The notes under the pieces are model-generated. The model was not told the origin of the DNA, ran no database searches, and saw only the letters and a program-made list of their open reading frames with translations. A stretch of DNA of 64,000 nt, from positions 64,559-128,558 of the forward strand of contig JADGFA010000004.1 of assembly GCA_016744065.1 (NCBI GenBank). The letters run 5' to 3'. The translations under genes and the position numbers were made by a program. The stretch comes from Gammaproteobacteria bacterium (GTDB lineage: Bacteria; Pseudomonadota; Gammaproteobacteria; SZUA-229). Shown here in pieces: positions 40,062 to 51,200 of the stretch (the first letter of the stretch is position 1; each line of letters starts with the position of its first letter).

Positions 40062-41251
40062 CCTTTTAACCGGTAACGTAATATATTTGAAATATTACTC
40101 TCTGGTATTTTTTCTACAGTTTCATCCTGATTTCCACTGGATATCTGCATATCGCCCATCGGTTTATCTGACCCTGCTTCTAACCCCCTGTCTAGTCTGG
40201 TGTCTAATCTGATATCTGACCTGGTGTCCGGCACTAATATTTTACCCAGTGCAATAATTCGTTTTAAATCACTTTCGCCACCACTCAGTTCAATATGAAA
40301 ATCAACCTGAGACTGATTCACTTCAATAGCATATACATTTTTAACAGGGGCCAATGAAGACAAATAATGAGAAACAGCGGCATATTTACTCACACTATCT
40401 AAGTCGCTCACACGTAATAGCAACTCGCCATCATTTGCACTCCCAGCAAATACAGCAAAACGACGAGATATTTGATCCGTAGCCACACCCACACCACTGC
40501 TCATAAGCGTATCCAGGCCAGGAGAAGATAATTTCCAGCTTTCCGTCTTATCTTCCATGAATAATGTCCAGTTAACCGTCCAACTGTCCTTTGACCAGTT
40601 CATCCGCCCCAGAATAACCGCATCCACCGGATAGCGTTTACTGGCCTGTTTCACCGGTCCCCAGAACTCACCCCATACATCAATGAACTTAACAATTTTT
40701 TTATCCTGACTATCATACTCAGGCCAGATTATGGGTAACCCCCGACGTCTGGCTTCTTTTGTAACCGACTGCTTAATTTGAGAAACATCTGATTTTTTAA
40801 GTAAATAACGATTACGCCCATCTTTCACCGCTAACCACACCAGTACATTGGGCCGCTGATTTCCCCAGATTGGTAGATTATTATCACGCAATAACTGTTT
40901 GACTTTAACACCATCAAACTGCACCCATAATTTGAATTTAGGTGCTACCAATGTGCTGGTTTTTTTCATATAGGCATCAATCTCAGGCTGACTCATCGCT
41001 TTATAACGATATTGACGCACCATACGTGCAGCCTGTTTTAAATCAATCTGAGTAGGTGCCAAACCCGTACCAGATACACGTACAGACACCTCAATCAGTC
41101 CCTGCTCAAATGCAGCATGACGAATCTGCTTTTGCTGACTAGCCACAGGCAGGCTAACTTCGTAAACCTGTTTAATTACGGACGCCTGCACATTCACACA
41201 CAGGATTAAACTAAATATGCTAAAAAATATTGTTTTACGGTTCATTTTCAT
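40058..41251 (-). CDS. DUF2066 domain-containing secreted protein
   Basis: Signal peptide MKMNRKTIFFSIFSLILCVNVQA. Start chosen at the internal Met. Divergent from purM as in Pseudomonas (purM/DUF2066 pairing). Confidence 0.5.
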   Translation of the reverse strand: MKMNRKTIFFSIFSLILCVNVQASVIKQVYEVSLPVASQQKQIRHAAFEQGLIEVSVRVSGTGLAPTQIDLKQAARMVRQYRYKAMSQPEIDAYMKKTSTLVAPKFKLWVQFDGVKVKQLLRDNNLPIWGNQRPNVLVWLAVKDGRNRYLLKKSDVSQIKQSVTKEARRRGLPIIWPEYDSQDKKIVKFIDVWGEFWGPVKQASKRYPVDAVILGRMNWSKDSWTVNWTLFMEDKTESWKLSSPGLDTLMSSGVGVATDQISRRFAVFAGSANDGELLLRVSDLDSVSKYAAVSHYLSSLAPVKNVYAIEVNQSQVDFHIELSGGESDLKRIIALGKILVPDTRSDIRLDTRLDRGLEAGSDKPMGDMQISSGNQDETVEKIPESNISNILRYRLKG

Positions 41252-41318
41252 TCGTGGCGGTTGCAAGGAAGATGTACAATAGCACATCTTTTAATTGCGA
41301 TGGTTTACCAGGTTCTCA

Positions 41319-42377
41319 ATGTCTCAATCAGATTCAAACAATTTAAAAAATCAATCCCTTAATTACCGTGATGCAGGTGTCGATATTGACGCTGGAGCAG
41401 ATCTGGTTGAACAGATTAAACCCCATGTAAAACGCACGATGCGTCCAGAAGTCATGGGGGGAATAGGCGGATTTGGCGCCTTGTTTGAAATCCCTCTCGA
41501 TCGATACCAGAAACCCGTATTAGTTTCTGGCACCGATGGTGTAGGCACTAAACTTAAACTGGCACTAGAGTTGAAAAAACATGACACCATTGGCATTGAT
41601 CTGGTAGCCATGTGTGTTAACGACATTCTGGTATTAGGCGCTGAACCCCTTTATTTCCTCGATTACTATGCAACTGGCAAGCTTGATAATGCGGTAGCGG
41701 TAGATGTAATAAAAGGTATCGCTGAAGGTTGTATTCAGTCAGGTTGTGCCCTGACCGGCGGTGAAACAGCAGAAATGCCCGGCATGTATAGCGAAGGTGA
41801 CTATGACCTTGCGGGGTTCTGTGTTGGTATCGTTGAAAAAGACCAAATTATCGACAGCAGTAAAGTCGAAGCGGGTAATGTTTTAATTGGTATAGCCTCT
41901 TCAGGCCCCCACTCCAATGGTTACTCCCTCATCCGTAAAGTTATTGAAGTGAGTAATGCAGATTTAAATGAGCCCTGTGGCGACCAGACGTTGGGTGAAG
42001 CGCTACTCGCACCAACCCGTATCTATGTTAAAAGCATTCATGCATTACTTGAACAAATTAACATCCATGCCATGTCTCATATAACAGGCGGTGGATTAAC
42101 TGAAAATATCCCCCGCGTTATGCCAGAGAATACCCGTGCACAACTTGATATAAACAGCTGGCAACTACCTGACGTATTTAAATGGTTACAGCAACAGGGC
42201 AATATTGAAGAACTGGAAATGCATCGCACATTCAACTGCGGCATTGGTATGGTGCTGGTTGTCAATGAAGAAGATGCAGACACTGCGATTGATGTACTGA
42301 ACAAAGCCGGTGAGTCGGCCTTTAAACTGGGGAAAATAACCAGTTCCAGTGGTGCTCCTGACGTTATAATTGAATAA
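41319..42377 (+). CDS. purM: Phosphoribosylformylglycinamidine cyclo-ligase (AIR synthetase)
   Basis: [19 protein letters not shown]...[13 protein letters not shown]-terminal PurM signature. Start set to the ATG at 41319 rather than the TTG at 41295 used by the track. Confidence 0.95.
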   Translation: MSQSDSNNLKNQSLNYRDAGVDIDAGADLVEQIKPHVKRTMRPEVMGGIGGFGALFEIPLDRYQKPVLVSGTDGVGTKLKLALELKKHDTIGIDLVAMCVNDILVLGAEPLYFLDYYATGKLDNAVAVDVIKGIAEGCIQSGCALTGGETAEMPGMYSEGDYDLAGFCVGIVEKDQIIDSSKVEAGNVLIGIASSGPHSNGYSLIRKVIEVSNADLNEPCGDQTLGEALLAPTRIYVKSIHALLEQINIHAMSHITGGGLTENIPRVMPENTRAQLDINSWQLPDVFKWLQQQGNIEELEMHRTFNCGIGMVLVVNEEDADTAIDVLNKAGESAFKLGKITSSSGAPDVIIE

Positions 42378-42388
42378 ATCCAGATTTA

Positions 42389-43054
42389 ATGAGACCACCC
42401 ATTTTAAATATTGTTGTGCTGATTTCCGGCAGTGGCTCTAATTTACAGGCTATTATCGATGCCATTGCTGCAAACCAGCTACATGCTAATATTAAAGCTG
42501 TTATTAGCAACCGCCCTGGTGTTAAAGGACTGGAACGCGCTCAGGCTGTAAATATACCCACGCTTACCCTTGACCATAAACAGTTTGAGAGTCGCGAAAC
42601 CTTCGATCGGCAACTGCTTCAGGAAATTGACCAGTATAAACCTGACCTGATCATTCTTGCCGGTTTTATGCGCATACTTACAGATGAGTTTGTTAATCAT
42701 TTCAATGGCAAAATGTTAAACATACACCCTTCATTACTACCCAAATTCAGGGGGCTTAATACCCACCAACGAGCACTTGATGCGGGTGTAAAGCAACACG
42801 GTGTCACTGTGCACTTTGTTAGTAATGAACTTGATGGTGGAGCACCGGTCTTACAGGCAGTTATTGATGTAAATGAAAACGACTCAGTTGAGTCATTACA
42901 ACAACGTATCCACCAACAGGAACATATTATTTATCCAATGGTTATCGAATGGGCAGCACAACAACGGCTCGAAATTATTAATCAACAGGTTTACCTGGAT
43001 AAACAACCACTGGAAAACCCGGCTAAATGGATAAACAATCAGCTCATCAATTAA
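42389..43054 (+). CDS. purN: Phosphoribosylglycinamide formyltransferase
   Basis: NIVVLISGSGSNLQAII N-terminus and formyltransferase motif HPSLLPKFRGLNTHQRALDAG. Confidence 0.9.
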   Translation: MRPPILNIVVLISGSGSNLQAIIDAIAANQLHANIKAVISNRPGVKGLERAQAVNIPTLTLDHKQFESRETFDRQLLQEIDQYKPDLIILAGFMRILTDEFVNHFNGKMLNIHPSLLPKFRGLNTHQRALDAGVKQHGVTVHFVSNELDGGAPVLQAVIDVNENDSVESLQQRIHQQEHIIYPMVIEWAAQQRLEIINQQVYLDKQPLENPAKWINNQLIN

Positions 43055-43071
43055 ACGTACAAAAATCGGTT

Positions 43072-43848
43072 ATGAATTATCTCTTTTTGCTGTTTGCTTT
43101 ACTGCCTTTATCCACACCAGGCGCCCTGGCAGAGGGGCTGTTAGAAAATCAGAATAATGCATCTAAAGAAAGAGCATTTCTCCTGCCTCCTGATCATCAA
43201 AGCCAGTACAGTATAGAAAAATATGGCTCCCGGGTAGGCATGATGAAAAATGAATTACTATATAAAGAAGGTGTTATTCATTATTCATCAATAGCCAAAG
43301 CCAAAGGATTAGCCGCACTTTTTATAAAAGATGATCCCAAAGAAACCAGTTTATTAAACTGGCCAGACGATAAATCTCTATCAGTGCCAGAGCAGCAGAG
43401 CTTTAGCTATATCCAGGGGAAAAAACATAAAAAAAATCAACAGGCTTTATTTATACATACCGATACAGATAAAACACGTATTGAAGGCAGTTACAAATTT
43501 AAACCCTACACCTTACAAACTGATAAAATCGTCTGGGGTAGACAACTACTCCCCCTGTTAATGAGCAGTGACCTACAGTTAAACCCTGAAATAACCAGCA
43601 ATAGTTTTTATATTACTGATAAAGGACATTTACAAAAATACACCTATACTCTTGAAGCAAATGAAAGCATTGAATTTAAAAACAAAAAACAGCCTGTTTT
43701 AAAATTTAAACTGAATAAAGAAAATAGCCGACGTATGTCATATGTCTGGTTATCTCCCGCTCACTTTTACCTGCCATTAAAAATAGAGCAATATAAAAAC
43801 GATAAATTAAACGTCCGTATGTTAATGACGCACTTAAAACTAAATTAA
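43072..43848 (+). CDS. DUF3108 domain-containing periplasmic protein
   Basis: Signal peptide MNYLFLLFALLPLSTPGALA (start moved to the internal Met). Conserved position after purN. Confidence 0.5.
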   Translation: MNYLFLLFALLPLSTPGALAEGLLENQNNASKERAFLLPPDHQSQYSIEKYGSRVGMMKNELLYKEGVIHYSSIAKAKGLAALFIKDDPKETSLLNWPDDKSLSVPEQQSFSYIQGKKHKKNQQALFIHTDTDKTRIEGSYKFKPYTLQTDKIVWGRQLLPLLMSSDLQLNPEITSNSFYITDKGHLQKYTYTLEANESIEFKNKKQPVLKFKLNKENSRRMSYVWLSPAHFYLPLKIEQYKNDKLNVRMLMTHLKLN

Positions 43849-43859
43849 AACGAACCAAG

Positions 43860-44390
43860 ATGACTGATATAAACGAAGAAGATGATAACTGGGTAAGTAA
43901 AAGCCAACGCAAAAGAGAGTGCGACGACGTTCTTGTGCTAGGCGAAAGAATGATCTCGATGAACCGGGAAGAACTTGCACTGGTCACTATGGATGATGAG
44001 TTACGCCGAGCCATTTATGAAGCCCAGCGTATAAAATCCCATAGCGCTCTGAAACGCCAGAAGCACTACATTGCCAAAGTTATGCGGGGACTGGATGATG
44101 AAACACTGGCTGGCCAGGTAGAACGTGTTTTACATAAGCATGATATTTATAATGCTGAATTCAAACGAATGGAAAAGTGGCGTGACTCAATAATTGAAAA
44201 TGGCGACAGAGGGGTCAACGAGTTTATTAAACAGTATCCCCAGGCGGACCGCCACCACCTGAGGCAACTGGTTCGAAATGAAGCAAAAGAGAAGAAAAAC
44301 AACAAGCCGCCTGCAGCCTATCGCCAGATTTTTAAATATATTAGAGAAGTTGTTGATCAGGAAACCGGTAATAATGCGAATGAGTATTAG
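43860..44390 (+). CDS. yjgA: Ribosome-associated protein YjgA/DarP (DUF615)
   Basis: WVSKSQRKRECDDVLVLGERMISMNREELALV...LKRQKHYIAKVMRG is the DUF615/YjgA pattern. Confidence 0.8.
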   Translation: MTDINEEDDNWVSKSQRKRECDDVLVLGERMISMNREELALVTMDDELRRAIYEAQRIKSHSALKRQKHYIAKVMRGLDDETLAGQVERVLHKHDIYNAEFKRMEKWRDSIIENGDRGVNEFIKQYPQADRHHLRQLVRNEAKEKKNNKPPAAYRQIFKYIREVVDQETGNNANEY

Positions 44391-44441
44391 CTCTACTATA
44401 CTTGGTATACGTCAATAACAAATCAATTTCGAGTAATACCC

Positions 44442-44726
44442 ATGGACTTTACCAGCATACACAATTTTTACGAGCACCTGGTGATCGACTATCTTCAGGC
44501 CGAGATAATACCCAGCTATGAAGATCAGCCCACCGATTTCTTTCTTGATGTAGCCTGTTATGCACTTTCAAAACTACCATCCCGATATATGAGACATGAA
44601 ATTGACATGGCCTTTTATCTTGAGTCTGAAGAACGCGCACAAATGATGGGCGAGGTTAAAAAACACGTTGATGACGCAGTAGAATACATCATAAAAAACT
44701 TTAATAAAAACGAGCGTTACGAATAA
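44442..44726 (+). CDS. ComFB-like (late competence development protein family) small protein
   Basis: 94 aa. IHNFYEHLVIDYL...DVACYALSKLPSRY parallels the ComFB block (...DVMALALNQLPPRY). Confidence 0.5.
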   Translation: MDFTSIHNFYEHLVIDYLQAEIIPSYEDQPTDFFLDVACYALSKLPSRYMRHEIDMAFYLESEERAQMMGEVKKHVDDAVEYIIKNFNKNERYE

Positions 44727-44842
44727 CAGCAGTAAAATCAACTCAGAAATGAAACTGTTAAGACCTGTTTTTATCGGGGACAAACCTCATTTTTGAGCCC
44801 TGCCCCCTGTTTTATTCCGTAGAAACTGTTCGATACAGGTTA

Positions 44843-47419
44843 TTAACCGGCTGAAAAACTCAGCCCATCACCATCTAACTCTACCTCAATTACATCACCC
44901 GATACAAAATCACCCTGTAGTAGCTGTTGCGCCAGTGGATTTTCCAACTGCTGCTGAATCGCTCGTTTCAACGGCCTTGCTCCGTATACCGGGTCAAAAC
45001 CAGCCTCACCCAGCCTGTCTAATACCGCTTCACTTAAACGAAGATCCAGCTCTCTATCTTGCAAGCGTTGACGCAGGTTTTCAATCTGGATAGAAGTAAT
45101 CGAACGTATCTGCTCACGACCCAGTGTATGAAATACCACAGACTCATCTACCCGGTTAATAAACTCAGGTCTGAAATGCTGACCGACAATTTCCATTACG
45201 GCAGATTTCATACCATCAAAATCACCTTTCTCAGTAAACTCCTGAATAAGATGTGAGCCAAGATTTGATGTCATGATAATAACCGTATTTCTAAAATCAA
45301 CTGTGCGCCCCTGACCATCGGTTAAACGACCATCATCCAGCACCTGCAGTAATACATTAAAAACATCGGGGTGTGCTTTTTCAACTTCATCCAGCAAAAT
45401 CACTGAATAAGGTTTACGCCGTACTGCTTCGGTTAAATAACCCCCTTCTTCATACCCCACATACCCAGGAGGGGCTCCAATTAATCTGGCCACTGAATGT
45501 TTTTCCATAAATTCAGACATATCAATACGCACCATGGCATCTTCTGTATCAAATAAAAATTTTGCCAGGGCTTTGGTTAATTCTGTTTTACCGACACCAG
45601 TTGGCCCTAAAAATAAAAAGGAACCATTGGGTCGATTAGGATCAGACAAACCGGCACGTGAACGTCGAATGGCATTAGAAACGGAAGCAACCGCCTCTTC
45701 CTGCCCCACCACACGTTTACCAATTTCTTCTTCCATACGCAGAAGTTTTTCTTTTTCACCTTCCATCATTTTTGCAACAGGTATACCCGTCGAGCGAGAA
45801 ACAACTTCCGCTATTTCTTCTTCTGTTACCCGGTTACGCAGCAAGGTCATTTCCTGCATTTCTGCCTGAGATGCCATATCCAGCTCTTTTTCCAGCTCAG
45901 GAATACGTCCATATTGCAGCTCTGACATGCGAGTTAAGTCATTTGCACGGCTTGCAGTTTCCAACTCAAGCCTCGCCTGCTCCAGTTTTTCCTTAATCGT
46001 AGCACTACCATGTAATGCCGCTTTTTCAGATACCCAGATTTCATCTAACCCCTGGTACTCCTGCTCAAGCACATCAATTTCTTCCTGTAGTTTTAGCAGG
46101 CGCTCTCTTGAGGCTTTATCATCTTCTTTTGTTAACGCTTCACGTTCAATTTTTAACTGAATTAAACGCCGCTCCAGTCGATCCATCACTTCCGGTTTGG
46201 AATCAATTTCCATACGAATACGGCTGGCCGCTTCATCAATTAAATCAATCGCTTTATCTGGCAACTGGCGATCTGTTACATAACGATGAGATAAAACCGC
46301 CGCCGAAACTATCGCCGGATCAGTAATATCAACACCATGGTGTACTTCATAACGCTCTTTCAAACCACGTAGAATGGCAATGGTATCTTCAACTGTAGGC
46401 TCTTCTACTAATACTTTTTGAAAACGCCTTTCCAGTGCCGCATCTTTTTCAATATACTTGCGATACTCATCCAGCGTTGTCGCACCCACACAGTGTAATT
46501 CACCGCGAGCCAGGGCAGGTTTTAACATATTACCTGCATCCATAGCGCCTTCGGATTTACCCGCACCCACCATCATATGAATTTCATCAATAAATAAAAT
46601 GACCTGTCCTTCCTGTTTAGACAGATCATTTAAAACCGCTTTCAAACGTTCCTCAAATTCACCACGAAATTTTGCACCGGCAATCAACGCTGCCAAATCA
46701 AGTGACAACAAGCGCTTACCTTTTATACCTTCCGGTACTTCACCATTCACAATTCGTTGAGCCAGACCTTCTACAATTGCCGTTTTACCTACGCCTGGCT
46801 CACCAATTAATACCGGATTATTTTTTGTTCTGCGCTGTAAAACCTGAATAGTCCGACGAATTTCTTCATCACGACCAATCACCGGATCAAGCTTGCCCTG
46901 CTCCGCTCGTTCAGTTACATCAATGGTATATTTTTCCAGTGCCTGGCGCTGATCTTCCGCATTGGGATCATTAACATTCTGTCCTCCACGCACTTTTTCA
47001 ATGGCATCTTCTAACGCTTTTTTATCCGCGCCAAACTCGCGTAAAATATCACCAATACGTGACTTTTCTTCAATCGCGGCAAGCACAAATAACTCACTGG
47101 AAATATAATCATCTTTACGTTTTTGCGCCAGTTTATCGGTAATATTTAACACACGTCCCAGTTCATTAGACAGATGTACGTCACCCGCATTTCCTTCAAC
47201 CTGTGGTAGATGCTCAATTTCTTCACCTAGCTTGGAACGTAAACCATTTACATTTACATTGCTCATGGTTAATAAATGACGCACTGATCCACCATCCTGA
47301 TCAAGTAACGCCAGCATTAAATGCAATGGTTCTATAAACTGGTGATCTCGCCCAACGGCGAGCGATTGCGCTTCCGATAGCGCCATCTGGAATTTACTGG
47401 TTAATCGATCCATTCTCAT
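44843..47419 (-). CDS. clpB: ATP-dependent chaperone ClpB
   Basis: 858 aa. Clp N-domain. Two AAA+ modules ([15 protein letters not shown]; [15 protein letters not shown]). Long middle coiled-coil region and ClpB C-terminal D2-small domain. Confidence 0.95.
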   Translation of the reverse strand: MRMDRLTSKFQMALSEAQSLAVGRDHQFIEPLHLMLALLDQDGGSVRHLLTMSNVNVNGLRSKLGEEIEHLPQVEGNAGDVHLSNELGRVLNITDKLAQKRKDDYISSELFVLAAIEEKSRIGDILREFGADKKALEDAIEKVRGGQNVNDPNAEDQRQALEKYTIDVTERAEQGKLDPVIGRDEEIRRTIQVLQRRTKNNPVLIGEPGVGKTAIVEGLAQRIVNGEVPEGIKGKRLLSLDLAALIAGAKFRGEFEERLKAVLNDLSKQEGQVILFIDEIHMMVGAGKSEGAMDAGNMLKPALARGELHCVGATTLDEYRKYIEKDAALERRFQKVLVEEPTVEDTIAILRGLKERYEVHHGVDITDPAIVSAAVLSHRYVTDRQLPDKAIDLIDEAASRIRMEIDSKPEVMDRLERRLIQLKIEREALTKEDDKASRERLLKLQEEIDVLEQEYQGLDEIWVSEKAALHGSATIKEKLEQARLELETASRANDLTRMSELQYGRIPELEKELDMASQAEMQEMTLLRNRVTEEEIAEVVSRSTGIPVAKMMEGEKEKLLRMEEEIGKRVVGQEEAVASVSNAIRRSRAGLSDPNRPNGSFLFLGPTGVGKTELTKALAKFLFDTEDAMVRIDMSEFMEKHSVARLIGAPPGYVGYEEGGYLTEAVRRKPYSVILLDEVEKAHPDVFNVLLQVLDDGRLTDGQGRTVDFRNTVIIMTSNLGSHLIQEFTEKGDFDGMKSAVMEIVGQHFRPEFINRVDESVVFHTLGREQIRSITSIQIENLRQRLQDRELDLRLSEAVLDRLGEAGFDPVYGARPLKRAIQQQLENPLAQQLLQGDFVSGDVIEVELDGDGLSFSAG

Positions 47420-47451
47420 GGCTTAGCCTCGTTAAATTTCTATTAACTAAA

Positions 47452-47488
47452 AGATATGGGTATATGGTGATATTTCAAGGGAGGAGAA
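47452..47488 (-). promoter_or_regulatory. Sigma-32 (heat-shock) type promoter upstream of clpB
   Basis: Minus-strand sequence TCTCCTCCCTTGAAAT-(11 nt)-CCCATATCT matches the sigma-32 consensus (TCTC-CCCTTGAA ... CCCCATNT), about 35 nt upstream of the clpB ATG. Confidence 0.55.
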
Positions 47489-47548
47489 AAAAACATCTGA
47501 AAACATAGATATAGATCAATAGTTATTACAACTTGATTTTTATTACTT

Positions 47549-49966
47549 TTAATCCTTAAACTTACTCAACAGCTCATCTGTCAACATGGGTTTTCCCATC
47601 AAGTAACCCTGCGCTATATCACAGTGGTTCTTTTCTAAAAAATCCCAGTGCGCTTGCGTTGACACCCCTTCAGCCACAACGGTTAAACCCAGTTTATGAG
47701 CCATCGCAATAACCGCAGCTGATATTTCCATATCATCTTTATCATCAGGAATATCTGTAATAAATGCCTTATCTATTTTAAGTGTATCAATCGGTAAACG
47801 CTTTAAATAATTAAGCGATGAATATCCGGTGCCAAAATCATCGATGGTAAGAGATATCCCTAAGGCTTTAATTTGATCCAGCAAATCAATGGCATGGTCA
47901 ATTTGCTCCATTAATGTCGTTTCTGTAATTTCAAGTTCAAGGTTTACTGCTTTAAAGTTTGTTTCCGAGAGAATATTTTGTATTGTTTCCAGTAAATCAG
48001 GGTCTCGAAACTGGCGCGTTGATAAGTTAACAGCTAACTCAATATCACGCATACCTTTCGATTCAAGACTTTTTACTTCTTTACAGGCTGTCCTTAAAAC
48101 CCACTGCCCCAGCTTGATCATTAAACCAGCCGTTTCAGCAATAGGAATAAAAAACTCTGGTGAGAGCTCACCTTTTGTCGGATGCTTCCAGCGTATTAAA
48201 GCTTCTACACCAATTATTTTTTTAGTTTTCACATCACATTTTGGCTGGTATTTAACATAGAGTTGATCACTGTTCAAAGCTGACCTTAAGTCATTTTCAA
48301 TCGTTAAGTGATCTACAATCTGAGTATTCATTTCTTCCGTAAAAAACTGAAAATTATTCCTGCCTAATGATTTGGCTTTATACATGGCCATATCTGCATT
48401 TTTTAACAGTATATCTGCATTTAAACTATCTTCAGGTGCAAGTGTAATACCAATACTTGGCGTAATTAATATTTCATTTTTTAATAATGACACAGGCTCA
48501 GACATTTTTTTCATTATTTTTCTGGCAACTGATGAAGCACCTGACATATCACCGATATCTGTCAATAAAATAACAAACTCATCCCCTCCCATTCGTGCAA
48601 CTGTATCCTGGTAACGAACACATTGGCGCAAAGTCGCAGCCACTTTCATTAATACCGCATCGCCAACATCATGGCCTAAAGAATCATTAATACGTTTAAA
48701 CTCATCTAAATCCAGATATAATAATGCAGCTGTAACACCTGACCTCTTCAGTCCTTTTAAAACCTGCTCAAGCCTGTCTCTAAATAAGATACGATTTGCA
48801 AGCCCGGTCAAACTATCAACATATGCCAGTTCCTCCATACGTAAATGCGCTTCTTTAAGCTGCGATACATCTTCAAAAACCGTCACAAAGTGAGTTATTT
48901 TTTCTTGCTCATTGGTTATAGAGGATACAGAAACCAGCACCCATATTTTTCCTCCGTCTTTTTTTCTAAGCTGCATTTCTCCCTGCCACTCCTTCCCCTG
49001 ATTTATTGTTTCCCATAAATCATTTACTATCTGCATATCAACATCTTCTGGTTGAAGCATGTATGTATTTTTTCCCAATAGCTCTTCTTTTATATATCCG
49101 GTTACTGCACACAGTTTGGGGTTTGCATATTCTATATATGCATTCTGATCTGTTATCACCACCATGGAACCACTTTGTTCAACAGCCGATGAAAGCATTT
49201 TTAACTTAAGTTGTTGCCTGCGAATATCCGTCACGTCCTTAATGCCTTCAACCACACCATCAAAATTTTCCTGATCATCCAGAAAAGGTGCTGATTCAGC
49301 CTGAATTAACACGCTATGTCCTTTTTTATGCAAAACTTCTATTTCATAAATGCTGGAAAATCCTTTTTTGCGTTCAGCTATCTGCTGCTTTAATACATTC
49401 TGATTATTTTCATTTTCAAAATCAAAAACTGGACGACCTAACATCTCTTCAAGACTATAACCCAACATATCTGCCAGGGCCTGATTCACAAATCGAATAC
49501 TATTATATTTATCAATAACCCAGATGCCTTCATTCAGGTTTTCAACAATACGTTTATATCGGTTATCACTTGTTGCCAAATCTCGTATAACAGTAAATAC
49601 ATGCTGCGCCCAGCCTTTTTCATCTCTTTTTATAACACTGGCGAGCACTTCAATTTCACACCAGTCACCCTGCCGACGTTTAAAACGTAAATTACAACGG
49701 AGCTTCTTTAATTCACCCGAATATAATTTATTAAACTGACTGATCACTCTGGCATGATCATGTGGATGAATTTGCTGCCCCCACCAACTCTGAAATATTT
49801 CTGCTGAAGGGATTTCATCTGACTTATAACCTAAAATTTGAGCCCATGAATTTGAAAAAGTCAAACTAGGCAAAGGCGGTAAACAATAATCACATAAGCC
49901 CACATTGCACAGACTAACAGCCAGTGCGTTAGATTGATGTATATCTAGATTTAGTCCCTCTGACAT
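47549..49966 (-). CDS. PAS/PAC sensor-containing diguanylate cyclase/phosphodiesterase (GGDEF plus EAL)
   Basis: 805 aa. Multiple PAS segments. Intact GGDEF (RMGGDEFVILL) and EAL (EALIRW...) motifs. Confidence 0.9.
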   Translation of the reverse strand: MSEGLNLDIHQSNALAVSLCNVGLCDYCLPPLPSLTFSNSWAQILGYKSDEIPSAEIFQSWWGQQIHPHDHARVISQFNKLYSGELKKLRCNLRFKRRQGDWCEIEVLASVIKRDEKGWAQHVFTVIRDLATSDNRYKRIVENLNEGIWVIDKYNSIRFVNQALADMLGYSLEEMLGRPVFDFENENNQNVLKQQIAERKKGFSSIYEIEVLHKKGHSVLIQAESAPFLDDQENFDGVVEGIKDVTDIRRQQLKLKMLSSAVEQSGSMVVITDQNAYIEYANPKLCAVTGYIKEELLGKNTYMLQPEDVDMQIVNDLWETINQGKEWQGEMQLRKKDGGKIWVLVSVSSITNEQEKITHFVTVFEDVSQLKEAHLRMEELAYVDSLTGLANRILFRDRLEQVLKGLKRSGVTAALLYLDLDEFKRINDSLGHDVGDAVLMKVAATLRQCVRYQDTVARMGGDEFVILLTDIGDMSGASSVARKIMKKMSEPVSLLKNEILITPSIGITLAPEDSLNADILLKNADMAMYKAKSLGRNNFQFFTEEMNTQIVDHLTIENDLRSALNSDQLYVKYQPKCDVKTKKIIGVEALIRWKHPTKGELSPEFFIPIAETAGLMIKLGQWVLRTACKEVKSLESKGMRDIELAVNLSTRQFRDPDLLETIQNILSETNFKAVNLELEITETTLMEQIDHAIDLLDQIKALGISLTIDDFGTGYSSLNYLKRLPIDTLKIDKAFITDIPDDKDDMEISAAVIAMAHKLGLTVVAEGVSTQAHWDFLEKNHCDIAQGYLMGKPMLTDELLSKFKD

Positions 49967-50158
49967 ATATGCTTTTTTAGTCGATAGCGTATTATTTTAA
50001 TAATAGATGATAATTAGAGGATTTGTTGTGATAAACGGTTTAAATAGATACGGCTTATAATCTGGCGCAGGCTTTACCTATGCCTGCTTTACTCGGGGCG
50101 TTACTTAACAGGGTACTAACATCAAAAAAATAAAGCTGGATAAGCTAAAAAACTCAGA

Positions 50159-50656
50159 CTATTTTTTAAAGTTTTTACGCTTAAACAAATCACTACGACG
50201 ACTGACTAGCCGATCAAGAAATAACAAACCATCCAGGTGATCCATTTCATGCTGTATCGCCCTGGCTTCAAAACCTGTTGATTCAATTTCATGCGATTTA
50301 CCCGTTTCATCTGTATAGTGTAATTTAATTTTTTCAGCCCGAATCACATTACCAGTAAAATCAGGTATAGATAAACAGCCTTCTCTGCCCATTTCCATCC
50401 CTTCCCATGATGTAATTTCGGGATTAATCATTATCATATGCCCATGATTATCAACAGGTTTGCGCATTTTAGATACATCAACAATCACAACGCGTTTAAA
50501 CATATTGACCTGTGGTGCAGCAATACCAACAGCACCAGGCCCTGCCAGTCGCATTTGTTCCAGTTCTTCGATAAAACTCAATATTTCTTTATCTATGTCT
50601 TCAACGCTTTCAGATAACTGCTTTAAGCGCTGATCCGGATAAATCAGAATATCCAT
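50159..50656 (-). CDS. def: Peptide deformylase
   Basis: Motifs GIAAPQV, EGCLSIP and HEMDHL. Confidence 0.9.
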   Translation of the reverse strand: MDILIYPDQRLKQLSESVEDIDKEILSFIEELEQMRLAGPGAVGIAAPQVNMFKRVVIVDVSKMRKPVDNHGHMIMINPEITSWEGMEMGREGCLSIPDFTGNVIRAEKIKLHYTDETGKSHEIESTGFEARAIQHEMDHLDGLLFLDRLVSRRSDLFKRKNFKK

Positions 50657-50663
50657 TTAGCCC

Positions 50664-51176
50664 CTAACCTCTTAAAGTCGTAATTTCATCGAGGTTAACT
50701 TCTATATCTGAATCCAGTGTTTCCAGTGCTTTTTGTAATGGTTCTATACCTTTTTTTGCCACACCTTCTAAAGTCATAATGTAAATAGGCTTTTCTTTAT
50801 TTCCACCGACGTCTGTTTCCAGATCAACAATATTTAAACCCGCTAGCGCTAACACAGAAGTAACCTGTGCAACAATGCCACTTCTATCCGCACCATAAAC
50901 TGTAACCTGAACATCTGGATCAATTCCCGGTACATCTGCCGCTACGTCTTCATCAATATGCAAATGCAAACTCAGATCATCACAAGTAGAATTTAATATT
51001 TTACGGAAGTCTTTTCCATCTTCATGGGAGACACGTAACATAATGGCAAAATTAGCACCCAGTCGCATCATTGATGCCTGAGCCAGACTACAACCCTGCC
51101 GATATAGAACCTCTGTCACCGCAGCAACAATGCCCGACTGATCTGCACCTACCAGCGTTAATACTGACCACTTCAT
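50664..51176 (-). CDS. Tandem ACT-domain protein (GcvR-like paralog)
   Basis: 170 aa. Two ACT repeats each beginning ...GADQSGIVAAVT / GADRSGIVAQVT. Architecture like GcvR. Confidence 0.6.
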   Translation of the reverse strand: MKWSVLTLVGADQSGIVAAVTEVLYRQGCSLAQASMMRLGANFAIMLRVSHEDGKDFRKILNSTCDDLSLHLHIDEDVAADVPGIDPDVQVTVYGADRSGIVAQVTSVLALAGLNIVDLETDVGGNKEKPIYIMTLEGVAKKGIEPLQKALETLDSDIEVNLDEITTLRG

Positions 51177-51200
51177 TTATTTCTCCCCTGCAAATCTCAA

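Noticed and set aside
41295-41318. TTG-initiated extension of purM
   Set aside because: PurM homology and an ATG begin at 41319. The 8 extra codons (MRWFTRFS) have no counterpart in PurM proteins.
45059-46326. Several plus-strand ORFs within clpB (45059-45256, 45534-45869, 45772-45996, 45927-46160, 46015-46326)
   Set aside because: Antisense to the unambiguous clpB gene. Ser/Pro/Ala-rich translations characteristic of GC-skewed antisense frames.
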